A stretch of 64,000 bases of DNA from Promethearchaeota archaeon (GCA_019058445.1 JAHPZA010000009.1:518310-582309), one strand, 5' to 3'. Shown: positions 39,998 through 49,540, counted from the first letter of the stretch. Notes: a model not told the origin generated them from the sequence alone. Translations and numbers: made by a program.

Positions 39998-41815
39998 TCA
40001 ATCCTCCAAAAAAGTACTATATTTTGAAATCATTTGACCTCTCACTGAATTTTCTTTTAGTCCACTAGAAGTATTATTCTCTCTAATGCTAATCTTTTCT
40101 TCATTTTGGTATGAGACAGAGCTAATATTTTCATTTTGTAATGGAAAATCATACCCCTCAATATCCTTTTGAGTTTCAAGGGCTTTAATGCTTTCGATTT
40201 CCTTAATAAAAGAGAATTCACAAGATTTCCCGAACCATTCATACAAGATTTGGTCAAGTTCATGGGAACTCATGGTATCTTGGATACTCAATAAGTCAGT
40301 CTCATCCAATTCAACGGGTTTAAGGAAGTAAGGTGTTTTATAATCATTTTTGAGATTTTTTCGTGTTTTTGCAAACGTTCTATAAACAAATCCCATAATA
40401 ATCCCATAAATAATGAGAGCAGCGACACCTAAATTGGTAAAGGTAGCTAAAATGTAAAAATTTTGCAAGAACATTATTCCTAAAAAAATAACGCCAAACA
40501 TTAAAACGGGTATCGAGTATTTTTGAAGATTGTTCTTTAAGTTGATAAGCGATTGATTATATTTTACTAGAGCATTCTCTAGTAAAAATGATTCTCTAAT
40601 TGAGATTTTTTTTTCTAAAAATTGCACCAATGATATTATTTCTCTACTCTCTACAACGTGTATATTGAACTTGCGCTGGTATGGAAACAGAGCAGTTTTT
40701 TCTAAAAACGCAGGTTCACTTATACTCACTAATATTGGATGGATAACTGGTTTATATTCTTTCGAATGAGTACTAATAAATAAAGGAGTTCCGTTTTTTG
40801 TTTTTCTTATCACTAAACTCCGTTTTGCTAATTTTTTGCGAATTAATTGAAATAAAGACCCTTCATTGGTAATATTTTCAAATACCTCTTTTTGAGCAGA
40901 TACCAAGCACTTTTGAGATATTTCAACTTTCGCATGGGTAGGTTTATAAGTAATATGATTCTCAGAAACCAATAGATTACCTCGCAATTGGCTTATCTTC
41001 ACTGGAAAAACTACCAAGGTTCCTATAGACTTATTTACTTCCAATATTTTATAAGCTAGTATATCAATATCTTTTAAGATATTCCTAAGCAAATTCGATT
41101 GTTTGTCAAGAATGGCATAACCTAAATGCTTAAATCTATTTACAACTGTTTTTTTCACTTGCATAAGATCTTTTTTACTCACTATTTCCTCATGAACTTT
41201 TTCAGAACCCTTTACTTCATTTGGTTTAAGGGCTTCTGAAGCCAGTTCCTCGTTCTGTTTTTGAAGCAGTAGCTCATTTTCAATAAAAGCCTCCAATTCC
41301 TCTACAGCACGATCTGATTTAGGAATAAATGCAGAGTTATATGTATTTTCTTTAGCACTTGAACTTCCAAAAATAGGGTAATCATCATTTTCAACAGGCA
41401 AGAATTTCTCATCTTTAAAATCCTGAACTTGAGACTCAACTAACTCTTGAAAGGATCCTTCCAAAGGTTCTTCTTCTCTTAAGAATGATAGATGGTCAGA
41501 GGTGACTTGTTCACCTTTAATTTCTGATATATTCTCAAGAATGGGCGTGCCTTGAGATTTATCAGGGTTCTCCTCTAAAATCGCTTCATTAATACTAACA
41601 TCATTATGTTTACTAAACTCTTGTGCATTTTCAATAATTTTTTTTGAGGTTGCGAGCCCGAATCCATTAACTTTCGATAATTGTTCAGGAGTAAGGGCTA
41701 CCAATTGTTTAATACTAGTAATTCCAGCACTCACTAATTTATCTTTGATATACTCTCCAATACCTTGAATATTTGTAAAATCATATTCTATTTCCATTTT
41801 TTCCACCAAGTCCAA
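39998..41815 (-). CDS. Membrane-anchored protein with N-terminal tandem HhH DNA-binding domain and degenerate PD-(D/E)xK-like domain
   Basis: 'IQGIGEYIKDKLVSAGI...LSKVNGFGLATSKKII' (RadA-N/HhH), acidic linker, 'FKHLGY...DIDILAYK...FPVK', two TM near residues 435-480. Confidence 0.65.
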   Translation of the reverse strand: MDLVEKMEIEYDFTNIQGIGEYIKDKLVSAGITSIKQLVALTPEQLSKVNGFGLATSKKIIENAQEFSKHNDVSINEAILEENPDKSQGTPILENISEIKGEQVTSDHLSFLREEEPLEGSFQELVESQVQDFKDEKFLPVENDDYPIFGSSSAKENTYNSAFIPKSDRAVEELEAFIENELLLQKQNEELASEALKPNEVKGSEKVHEEIVSKKDLMQVKKTVVNRFKHLGYAILDKQSNLLRNILKDIDILAYKILEVNKSIGTLVVFPVKISQLRGNLLVSENHITYKPTHAKVEISQKCLVSAQKEVFENITNEGSLFQLIRKKLAKRSLVIRKTKNGTPLFISTHSKEYKPVIHPILVSISEPAFLEKTALFPYQRKFNIHVVESREIISLVQFLEKKISIRESFLLENALVKYNQSLINLKNNLQKYSIPVLMFGVIFLGIMFLQNFYILATFTNLGVAALIIYGIIMGFVYRTFAKTRKNLKNDYKTPYFLKPVELDETDLLSIQDTMSSHELDQILYEWFGKSCEFSFIKEIESIKALETQKDIEGYDFPLQNENISSVSYQNEEKISIRENNTSSGLKENSVRGQMISKYSTFLED

Positions 41816-41854
41816 AATATCTCATTTTAGTATACTTGTAAAATCTATTCTTAG

Positions 41855-41869
41855 TATATAAAGAAAAAA
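41855..41869 (-). promoter_or_regulatory. Island promoter motif TTTTTTCTTTATATA
   Basis: 40 nt upstream of the four-gene membrane operon, in a divergent intergenic region. Confidence 0.65.
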
Positions 41870-42219
41870 TGGATGCATGAAATGACTTTCTGCCTTAAAA
41901 AGGGACCAAAAAACCATTATAAAAAAATACCATAAGATTAGTGGTTTTCACTAAATTAACAGATAGAAGCATTATAATTGTAAGGTAAAGGGGCTTAAAA
42001 AAGCCCCCTGACTATGTCAAAAACAGACTAAAAACCGACCAAAAATAGAGATCATTAGGAAAACAACTAAAATCCTTTTTTTTATGAGAAAAAGCATGAA
42101 ATTTTGTTGATAAATTAAAACAGTTCCTAAATTTACTGATTTTTCCTCCATTTGAGGATTAATTAGTATGATTTTAGAATAACGATCAATAAAAAAATCA
42201 AATAAGTTACAAATCCCTC

Positions 42220-42234
42220 TTTTTTGTTTAAATA
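42220..42234 (+). promoter_or_regulatory. Island promoter motif TTTTTTGTTTAAATA
   Basis: 21 nt upstream of ATG 42256. Confidence 0.5.
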
Positions 42235-42255
42235 AACACAGCCTAACTTATTTTT

Positions 42256-43035
42256 ATGTATGATATGTTTATCATTTTGATGTTTTTTCCAATCATTTTA
42301 GTGATTTCATATGTAATTACCCGTTTTATGATGAGGATAGATTACGGTCCATTTAATGTAGTTCTTTTAATTTTACGTTTTGTCGGAGTCGCCATTCACG
42401 AACTAAGTCATTTAATCATGTGCCTAATTGTAGGGATCCGACCAAAAGGAATCAGCATTCGTCTGCGATCCGAATTCACTGGAAGAGTAGATCCGAATGG
42501 TGAGGTACGACCAGATTTGCATAACGGCACATTCTTACAGGCATTGTTAATTTGTTTTGCACCAACAATTATTCCGACTTGGTTATTTTTCTGGTCGCTG
42601 GCAATTGTTTTTGCTACCGATCCTATTCATCCATTTATCCGGATTATTGCCGGATTTCTTTGTATCTCTAATTTCTTTGGCGCTACTCCTTCCAAGCCGG
42701 ACTTTTTAATTGTTGGCCAATGGTTTAAAAAAAATCCAAAGTATTCACTATATCAGCTTGGACTCTTATTTCTTTCAGGATTGGGAGTATGGGTCATAGT
42801 GAATTATTATTACATTATGTTGCCTTATGACATTGTCTATTACATCTTAGTTGGGATAGGATACTATGTTCTGAAATATAGTTTTCGAGTGATTACGTGG
42901 GTATTAAATAAACTCCTCTTGTTACACAATCCTCATCGAGCCACCTTTCCACGTATTAAATATGGGAGATTTATTAGACGACGGTTTAAACCTTCTAAAC
43001 CCTCAAAAACTGGAAAAAGAGAAGCTCCATGGTAA
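42256..43035 (+). CDS. Membrane zinc metalloprotease (M50/M50B-like)
   Basis: GVAIHELSH (HExxH) within a TM context, 'FAP', 'PSKPD' third-ligand motif, multiple TMs. Confidence 0.75.
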   Translation: MYDMFIILMFFPIILVISYVITRFMMRIDYGPFNVVLLILRFVGVAIHELSHLIMCLIVGIRPKGISIRLRSEFTGRVDPNGEVRPDLHNGTFLQALLICFAPTIIPTWLFFWSLAIVFATDPIHPFIRIIAGFLCISNFFGATPSKPDFLIVGQWFKKNPKYSLYQLGLLFLSGLGVWVIVNYYYIMLPYDIVYYILVGIGYYVLKYSFRVITWVLNKLLLLHNPHRATFPRIKYGRFIRRRFKPSKPSKTGKREAPW

Positions 43036-43066
43036 ATAGATGGTTAAAAAACCGGATCACATCATA

Positions 43067-43081
43067 TTTTTTATTTATAAA
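43067..43081 (+). promoter_or_regulatory. Island promoter motif TTTTTTATTTATAAA
   Basis: About 32 nt upstream of ATG 43114. Confidence 0.5.
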
Positions 43082-43113
43082 TACCCAAGGGAAATAATTC
43101 TTAAAAAAAAAAA

Positions 43114-43725
43114 ATGCATACTATGTCCAATATTTCAAAAGTTATTAATTATAGAATTACGACTGATTCATCTATCTCCGATGATAAGGAGACCAGAAAA
43201 ATCGTATTAAATTCGTATGTAAGAGAGTTTCCGATTGTGCAAGTCAATAATTCTTTAATTTCCATGTCTCGGAAAGATTTAGGTATATTATGTGCTATTA
43301 TTAATAATCCCCCTAAATTAGTTTTACGGGAAGCAATCCTTGAGGGAATTATAATTGGGTTTGTGAAAAAGCTTGCATATTTCAAAAAGTTTGTTAGGAG
43401 GTGTACTATTAAAAAGAGTTCAGGAAATATGGAAAGAAAAGCCAGAGTATATTTACATAAAATCCATCGCCTTGCACCTGTGTTTAATTATAGGCGAGCA
43501 GTGGCAAATTTAAACTCTTTATACCGTTTATTTTCTCAAAAAAATTTCTTTCCATCAATTAGTACTCAGCTTGCCATAGTAATTTATATTACTGATAAGT
43601 TGGATAAATCTTTTTCCAAAAAAATTATGCAAAAGAACATACGGTATCTCTGTAGCTGCTCTGCTTATGCTTTCCACAACGCTAAAAATCACTTAGACCT
43701 TGATGAGTTAATTAATGAAAAATAG
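43114..43725 (+). CDS. Basic protein with C-terminal TFB/cyclin-like repeat and HTH
   Basis: 'ISTQLAIVIYITD...IMQKNIRYLCSCSAYAFHNAKNHL' resembles the TFB second-repeat pattern (A.a.Y....tQ.ei.....s..t....k.l). No Zn ribbon. Confidence 0.45.
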   Translation: MHTMSNISKVINYRITTDSSISDDKETRKIVLNSYVREFPIVQVNNSLISMSRKDLGILCAIINNPPKLVLREAILEGIIIGFVKKLAYFKKFVRRCTIKKSSGNMERKARVYLHKIHRLAPVFNYRRAVANLNSLYRLFSQKNFFPSISTQLAIVIYITDKLDKSFSKKIMQKNIRYLCSCSAYAFHNAKNHLDLDELINEK

Positions 43726-43743
43726 CCTATATAAGGGTTAATT

Positions 43744-45897
43744 CTATTTCTTATTGTGTTTGTAAATATTATATATAAAATAATACAACTCATCAATCCT
43801 ATCAATAGTAATGAGTTTTACTTTTTCATTGCTCAAATCGTTCCATTCATGTAATTTTCGTTTCAGTAGTCGCTCTTCACCTTCATAATTCTCTTTGAAA
43901 TTTATAAAATTCACCATTATAAAGAGGATTTGACATGACTTTTTAGTGGATGCAATTAATTTAGTTAATACTTTGTCAGAATCGTGCAATAATTCCTTAG
44001 CATTATAGATTTGGATAGCTATTATATTAAAAAGTATCATATGGGCAAAGCTATGGCCTGTGTTAAACGAGATTCCTTTTTTAATTAACATATTTCTTAT
44101 CCCCAGATCCATAGATAAAGAGACATCTAGCAAAATATCCTTGGGAGGCGGTTTTTTAGAACTAAGAAATGGTTGGAGGGTATTATGTGCTTTTTTTTGT
44201 TGAGTTCGAAACGATTCGGATAATTGAATGATATCGGCTTGTGGTGATTTATTCATATGATTATTTTTCTGGATTTTTTTATATGAGCGCAATGAATTCG
44301 GATTTTTAAGGTTTGCATTCATTTTTTTTAATTTAGCTAAGGCAATTTTTAAGTATCTCTCATCATTCGTATTTTTGCAGTAAAGAATGATTACCTTTCC
44401 TTCCCTATGTCGGGCTGTCCTTCCTTTTCTTTGGATTAATCGAATTTCAGATGCAACTATATCATATAAGATTACTAAATCGCACTCAGCGATATCTAAT
44501 CCCTCCTCGCCAACGTTTGTGCTGACTAACACATTATATGCTCCCTGTTTAAATAAATCTAAGATCTCAATTTGTTTTTTTTGGGAGAGCCCTTTATCAT
44601 TCTCAGATTTTTTGGACTGTCCTACAAATCTCACGGGCCGTATAACCTCTTTAGTACTCAATTTATCTACGATATTTTTTACGGAATCTCGTAATTTGAC
44701 AAAAACTAAAATTTTTGCCTTAGGAATTTTAGAGATTTCTTGAATTATGAGCTGTTCTAATACCTTATATTTTGGATGGATTAATGAGTGCGGAGATATA
44801 CTTGCATTTCTTTTAAGCTCCATGTACATTTCATATAAATGCCCCTCTTTGGTCAATACTTTTACAGCTTTTGAACTGCTCTGCTTACGAGCTTTTTTAT
44901 AGATTTTTTCTAAATAAATGAGAAGAATATCTAAACCTTGTTGCTCGATAAGTTCAATCATGTGATACAAAATTAAAGCTTGAGCATTTATAGAGATTGC
45001 GCTATAGAGTCGAATTTTATCTCCTGTTAGCTCTTTAATTATTTCAACTAATCTTTTGTTTAATTTCAACAAATCTTTGCGCATTATGTGAGAAAAATCC
45101 GGACTCTTTTGTAAGAATCCTGACTGGGATAAATACAGGAGCCTTTTGACAATTAATCGTTTGACTACTAAATAACAATATTCCATAAGTTCCGTGAGAT
45201 TTACTCCGATTTTGCTTACTTCCATGGGTTTTAAATAGGTCTTAACATCGATGTCTTTTCTGGTCCTAATGTGAATATTCTCCAAAGGAATATGTAAATT
45301 AGCACAGAGTTCACTAATCTTTTTCTTTGACGCACCCGGTGAAGCTGTTAGTGCCAAAATGTTTCCATCAGGGTTTTGATCTATATACTCATCTGCGATT
45401 AGCGTATATGGATAATCTCCGCTTGCATGATGAGCTTCGTCAAATATAATGAGACATGTACTATGTAAGCTATATCTCCTGTTGACGAGATCGTTACGTA
45501 GTGTTTGTGGGGTAAAAAATATGATTTGGTGTGTCTTAAATAACTTCGCTCTATCTTCTGGTGAGACTTTTCCAGTTAAAATCCTAAATTTGTATTCAGG
45601 TATTTTTAAAAATTTCAGAAAAGATTTGCAGTGCTGGTCTATTAACGGTCTAGTAGGAGCTAGCATAATTATTTTGCTTCGGTCAGGATGTATTTCTAAT
45701 GTTTTAGCCGCCACAATTGCTCCAATAATCGTTTTTCCAAGACCAGTGGGCAGTACGACCAATGAATTTTTGTTTACACATGCTTCAGAGATATCTTGCT
45801 GAAACTTTCGAGCCTCAATTCGGGGCGATGTAAGAAGAGGGTGCTTCCCGTTATGATTTCTAACTTCCTTAAGTTCAGACGTTTTACTCACCCTCAA
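43744..45897 (-). CDS. hef: Hef/FANCM-like DEAH helicase with degenerate ERCC4-like C-terminal domain
   Basis: LPTGLGKT, APTRPL, TPQ, FDEAHH, LTASPG, RFVGQ, GLSQKKQ, VGEEGLDI, IQRKGRTAR. The C-terminal domain lacks the GD-x-ERK nuclease motif. Confidence 0.88.
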   Translation of the reverse strand: MRVSKTSELKEVRNHNGKHPLLTSPRIEARKFQQDISEACVNKNSLVVLPTGLGKTIIGAIVAAKTLEIHPDRSKIIMLAPTRPLIDQHCKSFLKFLKIPEYKFRILTGKVSPEDRAKLFKTHQIIFFTPQTLRNDLVNRRYSLHSTCLIIFDEAHHASGDYPYTLIADEYIDQNPDGNILALTASPGASKKKISELCANLHIPLENIHIRTRKDIDVKTYLKPMEVSKIGVNLTELMEYCYLVVKRLIVKRLLYLSQSGFLQKSPDFSHIMRKDLLKLNKRLVEIIKELTGDKIRLYSAISINAQALILYHMIELIEQQGLDILLIYLEKIYKKARKQSSSKAVKVLTKEGHLYEMYMELKRNASISPHSLIHPKYKVLEQLIIQEISKIPKAKILVFVKLRDSVKNIVDKLSTKEVIRPVRFVGQSKKSENDKGLSQKKQIEILDLFKQGAYNVLVSTNVGEEGLDIAECDLVILYDIVASEIRLIQRKGRTARHREGKVIILYCKNTNDERYLKIALAKLKKMNANLKNPNSLRSYKKIQKNNHMNKSPQADIIQLSESFRTQQKKAHNTLQPFLSSKKPPPKDILLDVSLSMDLGIRNMLIKKGISFNTGHSFAHMILFNIIAIQIYNAKELLHDSDKVLTKLIASTKKSCQILFIMVNFINFKENYEGEERLLKRKLHEWNDLSNEKVKLITIDRIDELYYFIYNIYKHNKK

Positions 45898-46504
45898 TGA
45901 TAATTCTTGTTTGATGCAATTGGATGTCAGAGAGTGTTTTATGGGTCTTACGATATGAGAGAATCTTCTCTCCGAGTAATAAGCCGATCTCGGAAGGGTA
46001 AGTTAAATTATTGCCATTCTCTATAAACAAATAAGGAAATGTCATTTTTAGTATCTTAATATTTCTAAGCAACTCGGTATTGGCCAATTTCAAATTAAAT
46101 CCCTTACCCCTTGTTACATGCTTAAAGGTGTAGGTGATATCACTGAATAGTTTTGCATTGGTATGAGTCATATTGATTTGATGAGGAATTAGAGTACGTG
46201 TGTCATCTTTATGAGCAGTTAGATACAGAGCACCATTGACAAATTTCTTTTCTAAGTGATGCCCGAGAAATATCTGTTTAAAAAGCTTCTGAAATTTTAA
46301 AATTAACGAAATGATATCATTAGCATCTTGTGTAGAGAGCTCAAGATATTTTGCAAGCTTTTCATAGTTGAGTTTTTTATGATAATTTCCTTCGAACGCT
46401 TCTAATGCCTTTAATATGCTGTATACCTTGGTAAATGATTCTTTTCGTTGTCCTTCATGTCTTTTTCCATGATCGCTCTCATGCACGTTCTGATCCGATA
46501 CCAT
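45884..46504 (-). CDS. Winged-helix-like protein, co-transcribed with hef
   Basis: 'LNYEKLAKYLELSTQDANDII' HTH; second wHTH-like 'LTYPSEIG'. Overlaps the hef start. Confidence 0.5.
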   Translation of the reverse strand: MVSDQNVHESDHGKRHEGQRKESFTKVYSILKALEAFEGNYHKKLNYEKLAKYLELSTQDANDIISLILKFQKLFKQIFLGHHLEKKFVNGALYLTAHKDDTRTLIPHQINMTHTNAKLFSDITYTFKHVTRGKGFNLKLANTELLRNIKILKMTFPYLFIENGNNLTYPSEIGLLLGEKILSYRKTHKTLSDIQLHQTRIIIEGE

Positions 46505-46525
46505 AGAATTAGAATCTAATAAAAT

Positions 46526-46540
46526 TATTTAAAGGAAAAA
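46526..46540 (-). promoter_or_regulatory. Island promoter motif TTTTTCCTTTAAATA
   Basis: 21 nt upstream of ATG 46504; divergent intergenic region. Confidence 0.6.
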
Positions 46541-46573
46541 CGATTAAATACCCATTCTACCATAAAAAATCTA

Positions 46574-46588
46574 TTTTTTCTTTATATA
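46574..46588 (+). promoter_or_regulatory. Island promoter motif TTTTTTCTTTATATA
   Basis: Upstream of the 46669/46998 operon; divergent intergenic region. Confidence 0.65.
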
Positions 46589-46668
46589 TTCCTATGAGAT
46601 ATATCATAATAATAAAAAGGAGTTTACGAAAAGGTGAATAGCACATTAAGATAATTATTTATTTTATA

Positions 46669-46989
46669 TTGATTATCGCATTCTTAATGTTTTACCAGAA
46701 AAATCCGATATTTGCAATAATTCTAATCGGATTAATGTTAGGAATTTATCTGTTTGTTAAGGCGCGAAAGGCAAGAGGAAATAATACCTCCAATTCGTTC
46801 TTGAGCGGTTCCAAAAACCCTCAGACTAGTAATACAGATGAGTTATTAAGATTTTTGTTGCTCCAACAAATAATCGGTTCTGGAAAATCTTCCTTTATCA
46901 AATATTCACCACATCCTAAAAAATTAACCAAGCGCCAAGAAAAGATTGAAAGGACTAAAAAGGAAGTACTTGAATTATTAGAGCCTTAG
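46669..46989 (+). CDS. Small N-terminally membrane-anchored protein (start possibly ATT 46645)
   Basis: Hydrophobic hairpin followed by a basic/helical tail. GGTGA SD lies 7 nt before the in-frame ATT 46645. Confidence 0.55.
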   Translation: MIIAFLMFYQKNPIFAIILIGLMLGIYLFVKARKARGNNTSNSFLSGSKNPQTSNTDELLRFLLLQQIIGSGKSSFIKYSPHPKKLTKRQEKIERTKKEVLELLEP

Positions 46990-46997
46990 GGATCAAA

Positions 46998-47705
46998 ATG
47001 CAAGGTGTTTCATTCGACCTATTAGAGCTTAAACTCCCTCATAAGCATGTCATTTCAATTTCTGGTCCTTCAGGCATGGGAAAAACTACATTAGCTTTAT
47101 CTTTAGTTGGAAATTTGTTGGAAGCGTCCTTTTCTCTTAATGAAAACGGTATATGGATTCAAGCCAGTGAAATATTCTCCAAGAAACGGTTGAAATCTAT
47201 GTTTTCAGAAGAGTCTATGAAATTTAAATACTTCAATGAGCAGATCTTCATTATTCCTTCTAGAAAGCCATGTTCTAACTATTGTGAACTCCTGTCTATT
47301 TTAAAAAAAATAACGGCTGAAGAGATTCTCCTCCCTCCCGACCTAAGATGTATCGTAATAGACAACATCTCTCATCACTTGCGCTACGAAATCTCTTTAT
47401 TCGAGGAAATTAAAGATATAGTAAGATGTCTAAATGATTTCTTTGACAATTATTTATTACCACTTATCCTATTTTGCATTCGACAGAATGTGTATCTTGT
47501 CTTAATTCATGAAGCGACATTTGACGTTACTCAAGGAGAAACACGACCATTTTTCTATAAATTATATGAGAGAATAGATGCACTTCATATCAACTTACAT
47601 AAGAAGAATAGGAATAATATAATAGAGTTGAGAGTCGGCAAGGAGTATATGAAATATAAGTACTATCTTGCGAATTGTGGAATCGTGTTGATGGAAAGTA
47701 TGTAA
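46998..47705 (+). CDS. RadB-like / Rad51-paralog RecA-fold ATPase
   Basis: GPSGMGKTT Walker A, 'WIQASE.FS.KRL', CIVIDNIS Walker B; no N-terminal HhH domain. Confidence 0.75.
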   Translation: MQGVSFDLLELKLPHKHVISISGPSGMGKTTLALSLVGNLLEASFSLNENGIWIQASEIFSKKRLKSMFSEESMKFKYFNEQIFIIPSRKPCSNYCELLSILKKITAEEILLPPDLRCIVIDNISHHLRYEISLFEEIKDIVRCLNDFFDNYLLPLILFCIRQNVYLVLIHEATFDVTQGETRPFFYKLYERIDALHINLHKKNRNNIIELRVGKEYMKYKYYLANCGIVLMESM

Positions 47706-47723
47706 GATATGCCTTTAATCTAA

Positions 47724-47739
47724 TTTTTTCTTTTTATAA
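47724..47739 (+). promoter_or_regulatory. Island promoter motif variant TTTTTTCTTTTTATAA
   Basis: About 22 nt upstream of ATG 47762. Confidence 0.45.
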
Positions 47740-47761
47740 TCATAAATTAAATATGAATAAT

Positions 47762-48856
47762 ATGGGAGTAAAATTACAGAATCTTATACAGCGAAAGCCA
47801 ATTCATGTATCAGATTTAAAAGGTAAGATAGTAGCTGTAGATGCTCCTAACATCATTTTCTCCCTGCTTAACTTTTCCTATAAAAATAAGCAGTATAGTG
47901 CTTCTAATTTAATGACTGATAGAACCCAGAGAGCAATATCGCATCTTTATGGGTTGTTGTTTAGGATAAATTTTTTCTACACGAAAAAAATATTTCCAAT
48001 CTTTTGCTTTGATGGGCGCGATTCGGAGTTGAAACACGTAATAAGCAAGGACCAACTTGCCGATTTTCAAGTTATAAATAGATGGTATCAAGAAGCGATT
48101 GAAAGCAATAATTTTAAGATAGCACGCAAAATTGCCTTAGGAAAAGAATTTTTATGGCCCAATATTATAACCGAATCAAAACAATTGCTTAATGCATTAG
48201 GTGTTCCATATATTGATTCTCCCGCCTCAGCAGAATCACAATGTGCACATTTGGTAAAAGGAGGGATTGCTCACTATGCAGTTTCCCAAGACTTCGATAC
48301 ACTATTATTTGGTTGCCCAGCACTGATCCAAAACCTTTCCAAATCTCTGAGAAGAAAAAAAAAAGGCAAATGGATATATAATAAAGTGTCCACCTTTCAA
48401 ATTGATCTAGAGTCAAATTTGAAACAATTAAAATTAGATAGGTTTCAATTAGTAGATTTATCCATGCTATTGGGTACCGATTATAATCCAGGGGTAAAAC
48501 AAATCGGTCCCAAAACCGCATTAGAACTGATCAAAACATATCATAATCTTGAAGGGATTATTGCATCTCAGAAAAATAAGTACAATTTTGCCCAGCTCAC
48601 TTCCGAAAAGATTCAAGCCATTCGCAAGATTTTTTTAATGGCAGATGTTCTGGAAAAACTACCTGACTTGTATTGGGATCCTCCTGATAATACTAGAATC
48701 TTGAAGCTCATGTGTAAAGACCACACGCTCAATCAAGAACGAGTAAAAAATAACATCCAAAAACTTATAGAGAATTATATCTCCTGTAAGGATCATTTTT
48801 ATAAGTTAAAATATGGGCCAAAGCTCATTCAAAAAACGCTTGATATGAGTTTTTAA
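47762..48856 (+). CDS. fen: Flap endonuclease 1 paralog
   Basis: MGVK start, VAVDAPN, SHLYG, FCFDG, SQDFDTLLFG, LGTDYNPGVKQIGPKTAL, C-terminal PIP-like QKTLDMSF. ATG 47762 preferred over the ORF-track start 47675. Confidence 0.9.
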   Translation: MGVKLQNLIQRKPIHVSDLKGKIVAVDAPNIIFSLLNFSYKNKQYSASNLMTDRTQRAISHLYGLLFRINFFYTKKIFPIFCFDGRDSELKHVISKDQLADFQVINRWYQEAIESNNFKIARKIALGKEFLWPNIITESKQLLNALGVPYIDSPASAESQCAHLVKGGIAHYAVSQDFDTLLFGCPALIQNLSKSLRRKKKGKWIYNKVSTFQIDLESNLKQLKLDRFQLVDLSMLLGTDYNPGVKQIGPKTALELIKTYHNLEGIIASQKNKYNFAQLTSEKIQAIRKIFLMADVLEKLPDLYWDPPDNTRILKLMCKDHTLNQERVKNNIQKLIENYISCKDHFYKLKYGPKLIQKTLDMSF

Positions 48857-48923
48857 ACCAAAACGGATATAATTAGATTTAATCAGTGATCACAGGAAAA
48901 AAATTATCGAATTAAAAAGAAGG

Positions 48924-48938
48924 TTTTTCCTTTATATA
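48924..48938 (+). promoter_or_regulatory. Island promoter motif TTTTTCCTTTATATA
   Basis: 50 nt upstream of ATG 48989. Confidence 0.6.
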
Positions 48939-48988
48939 TGCTCATTTTAAGGATCTCTTAATAGAAAATAAATGGAGATATAAACATT

Positions 48989-49540
48989 ATGTCAATAAAT
49001 ACCATTCCTAAAGTATTATATCGAAATAAAATAGCAGCGATCTTAGATGAGGTAAGAGATAATTATGGAAAGCTCACCCGTAAAGGATATGTTTATGGGC
49101 TTATTGCCGTCGATCAAGATGCTAAAATTATTGCTATTGATTCCCGATTTGATCGTAGCTTAAATTATTGGGATTTAAGCTCTATAGGTGCCGCTTTATA
49201 TGGGGTTTCCCGACAAGGACAGGACTTTTTTGATGCAAATTACTTGGATCGAGCTTCCATTATTTATAATAACCTACAATTATTTGTAAGGTCCATTGGG
49301 CAAGTGAATATCCATAAAAAGGGGAAAAGAGAGATTCTTATTATACTTTTAGCAGATATAAATGTAAATATTGGAGTAATCATATTACAAATGAGCCACT
49401 TTGGTATGAAAATTAAGAATGAAATAGAAAAAAGTGGGAGCATAAAAGATACATTGAAAATGAGTGAAAGGGAACTGAAGGAACACATCAAGAAGCTGAA
49501 GAAGGAGATTTTTTCTCAAAAGATTAGCAATACATCCTAA
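48989..49540 (+). CDS. Roadblock/MglB-like protein with C-terminal helical extension
   Basis: LIAVDQDAKIIA, LSSIGAALYG, VNIGVI; directly upstream of an MglA-like GTPase. Confidence 0.75.
   Translation: MSINTIPKVLYRNKIAAILDEVRDNYGKLTRKGYVYGLIAVDQDAKIIAIDSRFDRSLNYWDLSSIGAALYGVSRQGQDFFDANYLDRASIIYNNLQLFVRSIGQVNIHKKGKREILIILLADINVNIGVIILQMSHFGMKIKNEIEKSGSIKDTLKMSERELKEHIKKLKKEIFSQKISNTS

Noticed and set aside
41990-42007. GC hairpin GGGGCTT-AAAA-AAGCCCC in the divergent intergenic region
   Set aside because: It is a single short stem between divergent promoters with no supporting ncRNA or terminator context.
47675-47761. ORF-track N-terminal extension of FEN1
   Set aside because: It overlaps the upstream gene and the promoter motif. 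FEN1 proteins begin at MG(V/I), here 47762.
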